Shown: positions 49,851 to 60,780 of the stretch, piece by piece
How positions within the stretch are numbered: position 1 is the stretch's first letter
How the letters are laid out: every line of letters begins with the position of its first letter
Source: Thermodesulfobacteriota bacterium
GTDB lineage: Bacteria; Desulfobacterota; Desulfarculia; JACQYL01
Length of the DNA: 64,000 nt
Assembly (NCBI GenBank): GCA_963675595.2
Contig: CAXXLZ010000002.1
Location: forward strand, 2,080,001 to 2,144,000
Direction of reading: 5' to 3'
Translations under genes and position numbers: made by a program
Notes under the pieces: model-generated
Seen by the model: the letters and a program-made list of their open reading frames with translations, nothing else
Told to the model about the DNA's origin: nothing
The model's database searches: none

Positions 49851-51047
49851 TCAGAGAATGATGAGCGGCGATTCCCCGTCCGGCTCTCCGCCCTCGGTTC
49901 TCTCAGACTCGATCGCGCGCATACCGATGGACACATCCAGCAACGTGACCAGGAAGGGGTTTTCCGGTACGAACACGTGTTCCCCGGTAAGGTCCAAGGC
50001 CGTGGCCAAGGCGACCTTCGCCCTCTCCCGTTCGCCTTTCAGCAAAAAAATGAACGCGGTCTCCTCCAGCCTGCGCCGGAATTCGTATCTCCTCTCCGGC
50101 GTGAACAGCTCGCCCACCGCCTCGAGAAGGAGGTCCGAGATGCGCTGTTTTTGTTGCGGTTCGCTCAGCGCCAGAACGCTGGTTTCAATCTCCTCCATCC
50201 GCCGGATGTAGGGCTCCAGCTCCTCTTCCTCCAGAAGCCATAGCCGGCAAGGATTTTTGTCGAGGAGGGTCTCCGAGTCCTTCAGATAAAATGCGTTCCC
50301 TTCCACGGTTTCCTTTGGGATCCACTCGTACACCTCGGATTCCTTCCGATCGATCTTCTCTCTCTCGATACGGCTTCTCCAATCACCCAAATCCCCCGGT
50401 AGAGTCCCGCCGGCACGTTCCGTCGCTTCCAATGCCTCTTTGAACAGGTACACCCCGTGCTCCCAGGGAATCGGAATCACCTCCGACGCCTGTTCCCCAT
50501 TGAACCCCTTGACGAAGGCTCTGAAATCGGATCGGGTCATTTCCATGGCGTGGAAATCCGTGAGTTCCACTCCCGGTTTCACCACGGCCACCGCGACCTT
50601 CAGACCCACGGCCGGCCTGGGGGTCGCCAGCATCAACAGTGCGATTCCCGCCGTATCGATTTCGCTTTCGTAGGCGACGGACTCCGGTTTTTCGACCTTG
50701 CGAAAGACTCCGCCGCTTTTGCCTTGCGGTGTCTCCCCTTTGGAGAAGCCTTTCTGCTCCAGGATGTGAAGCGCTCTTCGGACGCTCTTTTTCAGATCCT
50801 TTTCCGAAACGAGGAGTTCCAACTCGGCCAGGAGGCCCGCCGACCGGGCGGACGGAGCTTCAAGAGCCGCTCGAACCGCGTGGAGCGCAGAGGGTCGCGA
50901 CGCCCCGAGCCGATCCAGGAGTTCTTCCCGCTCCGCCGGCGTTTCAAGTCCCTCGCCATCGGACAACATCCTGCGAAAGGATTCGACCAGCTCGGACTCC
51001 GACGCGGAAAGGTCGGGCAGCGAGGCGGCTGTCTTTTTCTTCGTCAT
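49851..51047 (-). CDS. hypothetical protein
   Basis: Long ORF co-oriented in an operon; no recognised motif. Confidence 0.7.
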   Translation of the reverse strand: MTKKKTAASLPDLSASESELVESFRRMLSDGEGLETPAEREELLDRLGASRPSALHAVRAALEAPSARSAGLLAELELLVSEKDLKKSVRRALHILEQKGFSKGETPQGKSGGVFRKVEKPESVAYESEIDTAGIALLMLATPRPAVGLKVAVAVVKPGVELTDFHAMEMTRSDFRAFVKGFNGEQASEVIPIPWEHGVYLFKEALEATERAGGTLPGDLGDWRSRIEREKIDRKESEVYEWIPKETVEGNAFYLKDSETLLDKNPCRLWLLEEEELEPYIRRMEEIETSVLALSEPQQKQRISDLLLEAVGELFTPERRYEFRRRLEETAFIFLLKGERERAKVALATALDLTGEHVFVPENPFLVTLLDVSIGMRAIESERTEGGEPDGESPLIIL

Positions 51048-51107
51048 GATCGTGAATTCCATCGGGCGACGCGAGCAACCGTTTCGCAACGCGCCTTCAC
51101 CCGAGAT

Positions 51108-53447
51108 TCAGAATTTGAGTTCAAAACCCATGGCAAGTACCAGGCCGCTCAGATCAAAGTCCTCCGACCCGAATCGATCGATGATCTCGTAGCGGCCTTC
51201 CATCACCAGGAAAGACTCCTTGACACCGGTGGCTTTGTACAGAGTGTGGGCGTCCTCCGGGGAAAATCGGTTCAGAAGAAGCCGCAGCCCCAAAGAACCA
51301 TGATATCCCACGGTGAATCCATCGACATTGTCTTCCCGATTATCGATGTCCTCCCGATAGTAGAGGCCTTGGACTCCTCCGTCCACATACGGCACCAACA
51401 GCTGGTTTTCCAGGTAGTCGAATCGGTATCGAATGGTGAATTCCGCGGGCGCGATCCACAAAGTGGAGTCCTGGCCGCTCTTTCTTCCCGAGGCCGTCAA
51501 GGCCTCCGCGGTTAGATGCTTAAACCCGGCGCCCACGGTGGTTTCAAAATTGGTTCGATTTACCCAGGTGACGGTGAACGACGTGGCGAGCCCGCCGTCC
51601 CCGTAAGTGTCCTCCACCCGTCCTTGGGTGGGCTTGTAGTATCCTCCCTTGACTCCGAGCATGATGCCCGTGATGCCGTAGTCATCCAGTGCGTAAGCGG
51701 AACCGCAGACCGCCGTCCAAGCCAGGAGCAGGATCGCCGCAATTCGCCCGGCCTTGGGACCTTTTCCGCGAATACCGGCAACCAGAGCGACGATGATCAG
51801 GATCAGCATGAGTCCCCACATCCGTCCTCGAGCCGTGGTGTCGATGAAGCATCCCCCACCCGAGGGGATGGCGCCCGGAACCGCTTCGGGAACCTGAGAG
51901 ACCTCGCCGCCGGGCTCACTCTGGTTCAACGCCTTGTCCAAAGCCGACACCGTGGCGTAGTAGGTCACACCGTTTTCCAGCCCTTTCAAATCATAAACCG
52001 TGACGTTTCCCGTATCCACCTGGTTTTCCAATTGGCCGGAAACCGTACCGTACGCCACCCGATACCCGCCGATGCCCGACCCCGAATCCGAGGCGGAATC
52101 CCACCGAAGTCGCAGCAAGCCGTCGCCGGGCTCGGCCCGCAGATTCTCCGGGGTGGAAGGCGCCACCGTGTCCAGATACACCTTGGTCGCCATGCGACCT
52201 GTGAGCTCGGTGTTCGCGGGGTCCACATACACGAACACATAGTAGTCTTGATCACCTGAAGTGAAGTCTTCGGAAGTCAGGATTTCGGATACGGTTCCGC
52301 CTGCCTCCATGGTGCCCGTCCGAACGGTTTCCCCGGACCCTTTGGTTCCGGTGCCGCCTACTTCGATTTGGTATGAACCGGCCGAGTCGGAAGTCCACGT
52401 GATGGTGGTTTCGTTGTTCTTACCATTGTTGATCGCCTCGGGGACCGCATCTTGAACGGTCACTTGGGGACCGTCCGTGAGTACGCTCACCGTGCCGTCG
52501 CCGCTGTTCACGACCAGCAGGTACCTTCCGCCGGGCGACAAGGCCAGCCCTTTCGGCTCGTCTCCCACCGCTACGTCTCCGAGTTCCAACGAGAAATCCG
52601 ACAGCCTGACCACATCGACACTGTCGTCCAGTTGATTGGTGACAAAGAGGAATTCGTTGTCCGGGTCCAACGCGACCGCGTAGGGTTGGTTCCCCACGGT
52701 CACGGCATCTACGAACGTGGCATCGGAAAGCTTCATCTTGGCTACGGCGTCCTCCCCTGCGAGGGCGAAGTAGGCAAACTCTCCCGCGGAATCCAAGACG
52801 AGCCCTCTGGGCGAGGCCCCCACCACCGCCGAGCCCGTGAGGGTGAATTCCTTCACGTCGATCACGGCGCCCGTGCCGAAACCCTCGCTGCTCACCACCA
52901 GAGAATCTCCGTCCGGGGTGATGCTCAAGCCGAAGGGCAAAGCGCCTTCACCCAGGGCCACGGCCTCCCTCAGAGTGAAGTCCGAGGTCTTATACGCCGC
53001 AAGGGTGTCTTCGTTGCGGGCGGCCACGAAAATCTCCTCGCCATCGGAGCTCAGGGCAAGCCCCAAGGGAAAGAGCCCGCTCGCGAAATGGGAGGAAACC
53101 GTGAAATCGGCGGTTTCGATGACCGACACCGTACTATCCAGGGAATTGGCAACGTAGAGCAGGTTCTCGGAAGAACTCAATATCAATCCGATGGGCTCGG
53201 TTCCCACCTCCAGTTCGCCGTCCGGGGCAAACCGGTAGAGGTCGATGCGGCTTATGGTACCGTCACCCGTGTTGGTGACGTAGGCATATCGCCCGTCGTC
53301 GGCGACCACGAGCATGGACGGTTTCTCCCCCACGCTCAGAGTGTAAACGACCCGGTTGGGAAACCCGAGCGCCGCGGTGGAGGGGAGGCACAACATCGCC
53401 GTAACGACGAGAAGAAAAATTGCCCCGGGAAATCTCACGATGTTCAT
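51108..53447 (-). CDS. YVTN beta-propeller + FN3 + CFI-box/TM + outer-membrane beta-barrel fusion
   Basis: YVTN repeats, FN3 (LENGVTYYATVSALD), GGGCFIDT, TM, second signal-like segment, barrel ending GFELKF. Confidence 0.8.
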   Translation of the reverse strand: MNIVRFPGAIFLLVVTAMLCLPSTAALGFPNRVVYTLSVGEKPSMLVVADDGRYAYVTNTGDGTISRIDLYRFAPDGELEVGTEPIGLILSSSENLLYVANSLDSTVSVIETADFTVSSHFASGLFPLGLALSSDGEEIFVAARNEDTLAAYKTSDFTLREAVALGEGALPFGLSITPDGDSLVVSSEGFGTGAVIDVKEFTLTGSAVVGASPRGLVLDSAGEFAYFALAGEDAVAKMKLSDATFVDAVTVGNQPYAVALDPDNEFLFVTNQLDDSVDVVRLSDFSLELGDVAVGDEPKGLALSPGGRYLLVVNSGDGTVSVLTDGPQVTVQDAVPEAINNGKNNETTITWTSDSAGSYQIEVGGTGTKGSGETVRTGTMEAGGTVSEILTSEDFTSGDQDYYVFVYVDPANTELTGRMATKVYLDTVAPSTPENLRAEPGDGLLRLRWDSASDSGSGIGGYRVAYGTVSGQLENQVDTGNVTVYDLKGLENGVTYYATVSALDKALNQSEPGGEVSQVPEAVPGAIPSGGGCFIDTTARGRMWGLMLILIIVALVAGIRGKGPKAGRIAAILLLAWTAVCGSAYALDDYGITGIMLGVKGGYYKPTQGRVEDTYGDGGLATSFTVTWVNRTNFETTVGAGFKHLTAEALTASGRKSGQDSTLWIAPAEFTIRYRFDYLENQLLVPYVDGGVQGLYYREDIDNREDNVDGFTVGYHGSLGLRLLLNRFSPEDAHTLYKATGVKESFLVMEGRYEIIDRFGSEDFDLSGLVLAMGFELKF

Positions 53448-54310
53448 TGCTCATCTCCCCAGTTCAGCTTGGTGCGCAGTATCTTGAAGTAGTCGGCCCA
53501 CGGAGACTTGACCAGCAGCACTTTGTTCTTGGCTTTCATGACCTTGACGATATCTCCAGACTCCAGATCCAGTCCGACCTGACCATCGAAAGTCAGGGTC
53601 ACGTCTTGTGCTTTTTCGCCGATACAGATCTCAATGGCGCACGAATCCGGCAAAATGATCGGTCGGTTGGACAGAGTGAACGGACAGATGGGGGTTAGGA
53701 CGACACAGTCCAGGGTTGGATACAGAATCGGGCCTCCGGCGGAAAGATTATAAGCCGTGGAACCGGTCGGAGAGCTGACGATGAGCCCGTCCGAACGAAA
53801 GCTGTTGAGGAACAGGCCGTCCACATAAGTATGAAGGCGGATCATTCGGGCGAGAGCGGCCTTGTTGATGACGGCGTCGTTCAACACGGAGTATTCCGCC
53901 AGCTGCTTGTTCTTCCGGAAAACCGCCGTGTTGAGGATCGTTCGGGCTTGGGTCTCAAAATCACCCGTAAGGACCCGTTCCATGGTCGGATAGAGCTCGC
54001 CGATGGAGATTTCGGTCAGGAAACCGAGCCCGCCCAGGTTGACGCCGAGGATGGGCGCTTCGCACCGGTTCTTGCGTACGGCGCTGAGCAAGGTTCCATC
54101 GCCGCCCAGTACCACGATCAGGCCGACATCGGGCAGACAAACCTCGCCCCCCACAAAACCGCCGACCCCGGGTTCCGCATTCTCGAAAAGGGAAGCCTGC
54201 ACGTTGCGGGATTCCAGCCACTTTCCGAGGGAGGTTCCGATGGCCACGGCATCCGGATGATTCCACTTCACCACGATGGCCACCCGGCTGATGTCGGCGT
54301 CCTTTTCCAT
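53444..54310 (-). CDS. nadK: NAD(+) kinase
   Basis: LGGDGTLL, GVNLGGLGFL, LND, DGLIVSSPTGSTAYNLSAGGP. Confidence 0.96.
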   Translation of the reverse strand: MEKDADISRVAIVVKWNHPDAVAIGTSLGKWLESRNVQASLFENAEPGVGGFVGGEVCLPDVGLIVVLGGDGTLLSAVRKNRCEAPILGVNLGGLGFLTEISIGELYPTMERVLTGDFETQARTILNTAVFRKNKQLAEYSVLNDAVINKAALARMIRLHTYVDGLFLNSFRSDGLIVSSPTGSTAYNLSAGGPILYPTLDCVVLTPICPFTLSNRPIILPDSCAIEICIGEKAQDVTLTFDGQVGLDLESGDIVKVMKAKNKVLLVKSPWADYFKILRTKLNWGDEQ

Positions 54311-54375
54311 GCCTCAGCTATATTACAGGGCAAAAGACTAGTCAAGGGAAGGGGTTAGGGTGACACCGGCCGGTA

Positions 54376-54404
54376 TTGACACCCGGGACCCGCGGATATA
54401 GAAT
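54376..54404 (+). promoter_or_regulatory. sigma70 promoter of the peptidase gene
   Basis: TTGACA, 17 bp, TAGAAT. Confidence 0.65.
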
Positions 54405-54476
54405 GTAATTCTTTGTATGCTATTTCGGATTGCGTTCCGATCCGGAAGCTCCCCACGTAGTTTATAAGGTGGTCCC

Positions 54477-56477
54477 ATGAAATCGAAATGGCCGTCCTTT
54501 TTTCTTCTTCTTTGGATCGGCGTGCTGATAACCCTACCCGCGGCGGCCCAGGATAAACGAATCTCCGCGCCCTTCGGTGCGAACGACTCCCTCGATGAAG
54601 TCCGCGACAAGATTTCAGCCAACGGCTTTGGCTTCACCGTGGGCCATAACTGGGTGTTCGACATGTCGCCCGAAGAAAAGAAGGCGTTCTACAGTCGTCA
54701 CGCCCCATTGGTCCCGGCGATTTTTCAGGCCGACCCGGGAATGGGCCCCCTGGCTCTTGTCAAGCCCGCAAGCCTGCCGTCTTCCTTCGACTGGAGAAGC
54801 CAGGGAGGACATTCCTACATCGGTCCCATCCGCAACCAGGGAAGCTGCGGCTCTTGTTACGCGTTCGGGGCCGCGGCCGCGGCCGAAGGAACGTACAACA
54901 AGGCCACCGGCAGGTACGACGGAAACGTCGTCGACTTCTCCGAATCCTTCATCGCCTGGTGTCTGGGAACTTACGGTCCCTACTCTTATTACTTCGACGG
55001 CTGCAACGGAGCGGATTACTCGTATTCGGAGCTGGAAGCCCTGACGGTCGAGGGCATCACCTATGAATCCTACTTCCCATACTCCGTATACGATCCCGGA
55101 AGCTGCACCCACTGGAGCGATCCCGTGGTGACGTTCGACTCCTGGTACCGGGTACCGTGTAACGATATCGACGCGATCAAGACGGCCATCATGACCTATG
55201 GCGTCGTGGATGCCGCAGTGATGGTGGATTCGGCGTTTGAAGGCTACAGCAGCGGAATCTACGAGAACACCAATACCCAATGCAGCGGAAATCCCTGCTC
55301 CTACACCACGACGAACCATGCCATCTCTCTGGTGGGCTGGAACGACAACGGCGATGCGGAAAACAACGGATACTGGATTCTCCGCAACAGCTGGGGAACG
55401 AGTTGGGGGGAAAGCGGTTACATGAGAATCAAGTACCGCTCCGCCGCGGTGGGATGCTCGGTTGCCTACCTGATGTACGCCTGCAGTTCCACGACACTCA
55501 CCCCGACCATCCAGGCCCCCCAATCAGGTTTCTCGCTTCCCCCGGGAACGGCCCAGCAAGTCGGTGTTTCTCTCGCCGACCAGTGCGGAACCACCATTAC
55601 CGGCGCGCAGGTGACGGCCCAATTCAGCAACGGAGATTCGTCCCTTACCCTCTACGACGACGGCGCACACAACGACGGAAGCGCGGGAGACGGGGTCTAC
55701 GCAAATACCTGGAACGCGACCGGAGAGTCCGACAACGTGACGGTGACCGTCTCGGCCTCGAAAACGGGATACACCCTCGGGCAGGCGACCGTATCCGGCA
55801 GTGTGGGAGACGTGACCACGTATACCATGAAAGAGATCTCTTCTTTCGACTGGCAGGATATCTCCTCATCGGGCGCCGTGCTGATTTCCGATGGCGATGA
55901 CGTGCAGGCTTCCTTATCCATCGGATTTCCCTTCCAGTTTTTCGGCAAGCAATACTCTTCCCTGATCGTGGGGTCCAACGGGCTTATGACGCTCAGCGGC
56001 GGCACCGTGGCATCGAGTTACACCAATGCGTCCATGCCCTCCAGTGCGTCACCCAATGCGATCATCGCGCCCTACTGGGACGATTTAAACATCAGGTCGG
56101 GAACAGGTCGTGTGATCTATCGGCTGTCGGGGTCCTCGCCCGCTCGAAGGCTGGTGATCACCTGGGAAGACGTCTCCCACTACAGTAATTATTGGGGATT
56201 GATCACCTTCCAGGTCGTGCTGTACGAAGCGGACAGCACGATCCGGTTCCTTTACCAAGACGTGCAATTCGGTGACGGTTCCTTGGACTACGGCTTGTCC
56301 GCCACCGTTGGAATCGAGGATGAAACCGGCGGGACGGCGTCTCAATTTTCTTACAACCGGGCCGCGCTGAAAAACGGCCTGACCATCGAATTCAGTCCCT
56401 CCGGCGGTTCTTCGCCCAATGTGCCCATCGGAAAAAGTATCCTCGGGGCGATCCGGTTGCTTATGGAAGACGAATAG
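54477..56477 (+). CDS. secreted papain-family (C1A) cysteine peptidase with accessory domains
   Basis: LPSSFDWR, NQGSCGSCYAF, NHAISLVGW, WILRNSWG; LYDDGAHNDGSAGDGVY motif; IAPYWDDL nidogen-like domain. Confidence 0.9.
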   Translation: MKSKWPSFFLLLWIGVLITLPAAAQDKRISAPFGANDSLDEVRDKISANGFGFTVGHNWVFDMSPEEKKAFYSRHAPLVPAIFQADPGMGPLALVKPASLPSSFDWRSQGGHSYIGPIRNQGSCGSCYAFGAAAAAEGTYNKATGRYDGNVVDFSESFIAWCLGTYGPYSYYFDGCNGADYSYSELEALTVEGITYESYFPYSVYDPGSCTHWSDPVVTFDSWYRVPCNDIDAIKTAIMTYGVVDAAVMVDSAFEGYSSGIYENTNTQCSGNPCSYTTTNHAISLVGWNDNGDAENNGYWILRNSWGTSWGESGYMRIKYRSAAVGCSVAYLMYACSSTTLTPTIQAPQSGFSLPPGTAQQVGVSLADQCGTTITGAQVTAQFSNGDSSLTLYDDGAHNDGSAGDGVYANTWNATGESDNVTVTVSASKTGYTLGQATVSGSVGDVTTYTMKEISSFDWQDISSSGAVLISDGDDVQASLSIGFPFQFFGKQYSSLIVGSNGLMTLSGGTVASSYTNASMPSSASPNAIIAPYWDDLNIRSGTGRVIYRLSGSSPARRLVITWEDVSHYSNYWGLITFQVVLYEADSTIRFLYQDVQFGDGSLDYGLSATVGIEDETGGTASQFSYNRAALKNGLTIEFSPSGGSSPNVPIGKSILGAIRLLMEDE

Positions 56478-56602
56478 GCCCGAGGCCGTACATTCGGCCG
56501 CAGGCGGCACAAGGCTATTGACTGAAGGCCGAAAGGGTTTTATGTAGGTCGGACGTCTCCGCCAACGGGGAGACATCACCCGAAACTACAAGATTGAAGG
56601 CT

Positions 56603-57364
56603 ATGGAACGAATCGGAAGAAACGACCTTTGCCCCTGTGGCAGCGGGAAAAAATTCAAGAAGTGCCACATGGGCCGAGAGCACGAGTTGGTTCTGCGGAA
56701 GTCGGAAAGGCTTCCGGAAGACGCGGGAAAGCGCATCAGCGAACTGCCGGAGGTCCGATACGGCCGCACCGGCGAAATTCTCGAGCGACTGGACATCGAA
56801 TCTCTGACGGGCAGACGCATGGGCATCAAGTTCGTCGACTATGCCCGCTATCGGGATTTGGGTTTCATGGGTCAGGAGCCCCCCGAAGGCGACCGGGAAG
56901 CCGCGCTCATGATCAATCCCAAGAAAACGGAAAAGTCGGACCCGGACAACGTCTACATCGCGGTCACTCCCGGTGTGGGCGACTCAACCTTGATCCATCA
57001 AATGGCTCATGTGTTGGACTATCTCGGAGGGTCCCGCTTCATTCCGGGCAGCGGTACCGAAATCAGTATGCAGACCGGAATACCCATCGAGCATCTGGAT
57101 CACCCCAAGGAATTCGCCGATTGGCTGGACTACCTCAAGCAAAAATTCGAGGTGGAATTGGACGCGGAGGACGCCATTGTCTCGTTCCTCAATGAAAACG
57201 AACGGCTGCTCACCGCGGATCAGATACGGACGCTGGACCGTGCCGGTCTGCTGGTCCACTCGGAAAGAATTATGAGGTTCATGCGGGACGCCGGGTCGCA
57301 AATCGACGAGTTGATCCGGCACCGAAAAGGTTACATCGGGCCGCAAAAGGGCACGAAGCACTAG
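56603..57364 (+). CDS. SEC-C motif protein
   Basis: IGRNDLCPCGSGKKFKKCH at N-terminus. Confidence 0.85.
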   Translation: MERIGRNDLCPCGSGKKFKKCHMGREHELVLRKSERLPEDAGKRISELPEVRYGRTGEILERLDIESLTGRRMGIKFVDYARYRDLGFMGQEPPEGDREAALMINPKKTEKSDPDNVYIAVTPGVGDSTLIHQMAHVLDYLGGSRFIPGSGTEISMQTGIPIEHLDHPKEFADWLDYLKQKFEVELDAEDAIVSFLNENERLLTADQIRTLDRAGLLVHSERIMRFMRDAGSQIDELIRHRKGYIGPQKGTKH

Positions 57365-57554
57365 CCGAGCTTTCCGCCGCCCTCCCGACAACCGAGGCCC
57401 GGTGGAACCGACGCCTACAGACAATGGAAACACGAAGCGCGGCCTCCGCGAGAGAAACGGAGCCGCCCTTCCTTCCTTACAAGGCTCCGCGCACGATCCG
57501 GTGTCAGCAGAGAACCGTTTATCGTTTCCCTCGAGCCCGCCTGTGAAATCCGGT

Positions 57555-59003
57555 CTATCTCTTCCAGAATTCGGGAACGAACAAGAGCAACACCGATAGA
57601 ATTTCCAGTCTCCCCGCCAGCATGAGGAAGCTCAGAAGCCACTTGGCCGCTGCGGGGAACTCCGAATAGTTGCCTGTCGCTCCCACCATACCGAAGCCCG
57701 GCCCGATGTTGTTCAGGGTCGCGGCCACCGCCTCGAAACTCGTGACAAAGTCGAAGCCGAACGCGCCGATGATGAGGGAGCCCAGCGCGAAGAGCATGAT
57801 ATAAATCACGAAAAAACCCACGATGGCGTGAATTAATCCGTCATCGATCACCTCGCCGCTTACCCTGACGCTTCTGACCATCCTCGGGTGCACCACCCTG
57901 AACAACTCTCGGTAGGCGACTTTCACCAGGATAATAACCCGGATGTTTTTGATCCCGCCGCCCGTGGAACCGGCGCAGCCTCCCACAAACATGAGAACGG
58001 TCAACAACACTTTGCAGAAGGCGGGCCACTGCTCGGAGTCCGCCGTGGCAAATCCCGTCGTGGTCAAGATGGAGACTACTTGAAAAGCCCCGTATCGAAA
58101 GGCATCCAAGATGCTTTCGTACACATCCGTCAGAAAGAGATTCAGCGTCACGGCCAGAGAGGCCAGAAGAGTAAGCCCCAGGTAGAACTGGAATTCCCTG
58201 CTCTTGAAGTAGGTGACGTGTCTCCTGAAGATCAGATGATAGTGCAGCGTGAAATTGGCTCCGGCGGCAAACATGAAAAAAATCACCACCGAATCGATAT
58301 AAACACTGTCATAAAAGGCGATGCTGGTGTTTTTTGTGGAGAAGCCTCCGGTGGCCATGGTGGCGAAAGTATGGTTGCACGCGTCGAACAGGCTCATGCC
58401 CCCTAAGAGCAGCAATACGGTTTCCGCCGCGGAAAGGGCGAGATACACAACCCAGAGCCATTGAGCGGTCCCTTTGATCCTGGCGCCGAGTTTATCCACC
58501 GAAGGACCCGGCAACTCTCCTTTCAACATCTGCATCCCGCCCAAAGCCAGATTCGGAAGAATCGCCACCATGAGCACGACGATGCCCATGCCGCCGAACC
58601 AATGCGTCAGGCTTCTCCAGAAAAGAATCCCCTTGGGAATCGATTCGATATCCGTGAGAATGCTCGCTCCGGTGGTGGTATACCCGCTCATGATTTCAAA
58701 GAAGGCGTCCGTGAATCCAAAATGACCGCTGAAGACGAGCGGAAGCGTGGAAAACAGGCTGACCCCGATCCACCCCAGGGATGCGATGGCGTAACCTTCC
58801 CGAATACCGATTTCCTGGTCGAGATGCTTCTCACGAAAGAAGAGAGCGCCGGCCACGCCGCAGGTCGCGGTGACGATCACACCCAAAACGAAGGGAAAAA
58901 TGTCTTCCCGGAAGTAGAGCGCCCAGAGTCCCCCGGTGGTCATTCCCAGGGCGATGACGATCAAAGCGTATGAAATGAGGCATAGAACAGGACGGATTTT
59001 CAC
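57555..59003 (-). CDS. trkH: potassium uptake channel TrkH
   Basis: FEIMSGYTTTGAS, ATGGFS, GGCAGSTGGGIK, NNIGPG, GRLE. Confidence 0.95.
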   Translation of the reverse strand: MKIRPVLCLISYALIVIALGMTTGGLWALYFREDIFPFVLGVIVTATCGVAGALFFREKHLDQEIGIREGYAIASLGWIGVSLFSTLPLVFSGHFGFTDAFFEIMSGYTTTGASILTDIESIPKGILFWRSLTHWFGGMGIVVLMVAILPNLALGGMQMLKGELPGPSVDKLGARIKGTAQWLWVVYLALSAAETVLLLLGGMSLFDACNHTFATMATGGFSTKNTSIAFYDSVYIDSVVIFFMFAAGANFTLHYHLIFRRHVTYFKSREFQFYLGLTLLASLAVTLNLFLTDVYESILDAFRYGAFQVVSILTTTGFATADSEQWPAFCKVLLTVLMFVGGCAGSTGGGIKNIRVIILVKVAYRELFRVVHPRMVRSVRVSGEVIDDGLIHAIVGFFVIYIMLFALGSLIIGAFGFDFVTSFEAVAATLNNIGPGFGMVGATGNYSEFPAAAKWLLSFLMLAGRLEILSVLLLFVPEFWKR

Positions 59004-59021
59004 GGAGGAAGGGTCTCCCGG

Positions 59022-60371
59022 CTATTCCATAAACAACTTTTCCACGGCATGGATGGATTCGCGAAGGGCAAAGACGAGAACCCGGTCTCCCGCCTGTACC
59101 GAGGTGTCCCCTTTGGGAATAATGACCCGATCTCCACGAACGATGGCCCCCAACAGGGCTCCTCGGGGAAACCTCAAGGAGCGGAGCGCCGCGCCCACGA
59201 TGCGGGACGGCTCCTGAGCCACGATCTCCAGCACTTCTGCGTTCTCTCCCTTGAGAGCCGCCACGGACATCACTTTGCCTTTTCGGATAAACTGCAAAGT
59301 GGCGTCAATGGCTGCAAGGTGAGTGCTCACCACCATGTCGATTCCCAGAGAAGAAATCAGCGGAATATAGCTGAATTTCCGTACCCGGGTAATCGTCATG
59401 GGGACTCCGAGTTGCTTGGCCAGCAGAGAGATGAGCACGTTCCGCTCTTCATCCCCCGTGGCGACCACCATGATGTCCGCTTCGTTGATCCGCTCCTCGA
59501 GGAGCAATTCCGGATCCGTGGCGTCCCCGTGAAGCACGAGTCCGCGCTCCAACAACATGGCCAGTTCCCGACAACGGTTTTCGTCGGCATCGATGATCCG
59601 CACGTTGTAAGAGGTCTTGTCAAGACTGACCGCCAGACTCTTGCCCAGTTGTCCGGCGCCGGCGACCACCACGCTCTTCACGGGCTCGACCCGCAAACCC
59701 AGCGCTTTGGCGACTTCCTTTTTGTTCCTGTCGTCGCTCACCACGTACACCAGGTCATCGGGCAGAATTACGTCCTGCCCGCCCGGCACGATCATCTGCC
59801 GACCGCGGATGATCGCCGCCACGAGCAATTTGTCGGCAAGGCCCGTTTCCCCCAAGTCCGCAAGCTTTCTGTGAGCCAGCACCACGTCGGGTTTCACCTT
59901 GACCCCGATGAGATGCACCCTGCCTTCACAAAAACGGAGTACGTCGGCGGCATCGGGAGTCTCGAACATGGCCAGTATCTTTCCCACCACCTCGGATTCG
60001 GGACTGATGATCTGGTCGATGTTGAAGGCTTCCTGCTTGAACAACTCCTTGTGCTGAAGATATTCCTGGTTCCGGATTCTGGCGATTTTGACGGTCTTCT
60101 TGGAAACCATGTTGGCGAACAGGCACGCCATAAGGTTCACTTCGTCGCTGTCGGTAACGGCCACCAGGATGTCCGCTTGATGGATACCCGCTCTGATAAG
60201 AAGCGATGGACTGCTTCCCGTGCCTTCAAGGACCTCCACGTCGAGCGTGTCTTTGACCCTCCGGATCATTGCGGGATTCCGGTCTATAATCACCACATCC
60301 TTGTTTTCCCGGGACAGTCGGTCCGCGATGCGATATCCCACCTCACCGGCGCCGACGATGATCGCTTTCAA
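59022..60371 (-). CDS. trkA: potassium uptake regulator TrkA
   Basis: Two RCK domains (IVGAGEVG, AGAGQLG); start TTG 60371 with SD GAGGTG. Confidence 0.95.
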   Translation of the reverse strand: MKAIIVGAGEVGYRIADRLSRENKDVVIIDRNPAMIRRVKDTLDVEVLEGTGSSPSLLIRAGIHQADILVAVTDSDEVNLMACLFANMVSKKTVKIARIRNQEYLQHKELFKQEAFNIDQIISPESEVVGKILAMFETPDAADVLRFCEGRVHLIGVKVKPDVVLAHRKLADLGETGLADKLLVAAIIRGRQMIVPGGQDVILPDDLVYVVSDDRNKKEVAKALGLRVEPVKSVVVAGAGQLGKSLAVSLDKTSYNVRIIDADENRCRELAMLLERGLVLHGDATDPELLLEERINEADIMVVATGDEERNVLISLLAKQLGVPMTITRVRKFSYIPLISSLGIDMVVSTHLAAIDATLQFIRKGKVMSVAALKGENAEVLEIVAQEPSRIVGAALRSLRFPRGALLGAIVRGDRVIIPKGDTSVQAGDRVLVFALRESIHAVEKLFME

Positions 60372-60780
60372 CTGGTCACCTCGCTGTTCGGTCGGCCCGG
60401 CCGCGCGCCCTGCCGAAAATCCACCGTTCCGGAACAACAGCCGGCGGAATCCATCATCGAAATGTCCCCATCGTCGAATCGGCGGGAACGGCGAAAAGGA
60501 AGACCACTGTGCATCAATCCTCCTGAGAGTCTATGAGACAAAGGAATCGTTGGTCGATTGGAGAAAGGGAAGGTCCTTGGGTATCCGGGAGTCGTTCCGC
60601 CATGCGCCGCACCGGACATGCGACAGCGCGAAGGTATCCCGCCTCCGGCCTCAAGTCAAGTGAAGGGCTCCGCTCCAGTGTTCGTCTCCCCGGCCCGGCC
60701 GGAGGTTCTCCGGAGGCAGTACTCCGGAAGAGACCGGCTGAAGGAGGGATTCGCCTCGCCGGAAGCGGACCCGGTCGGCT

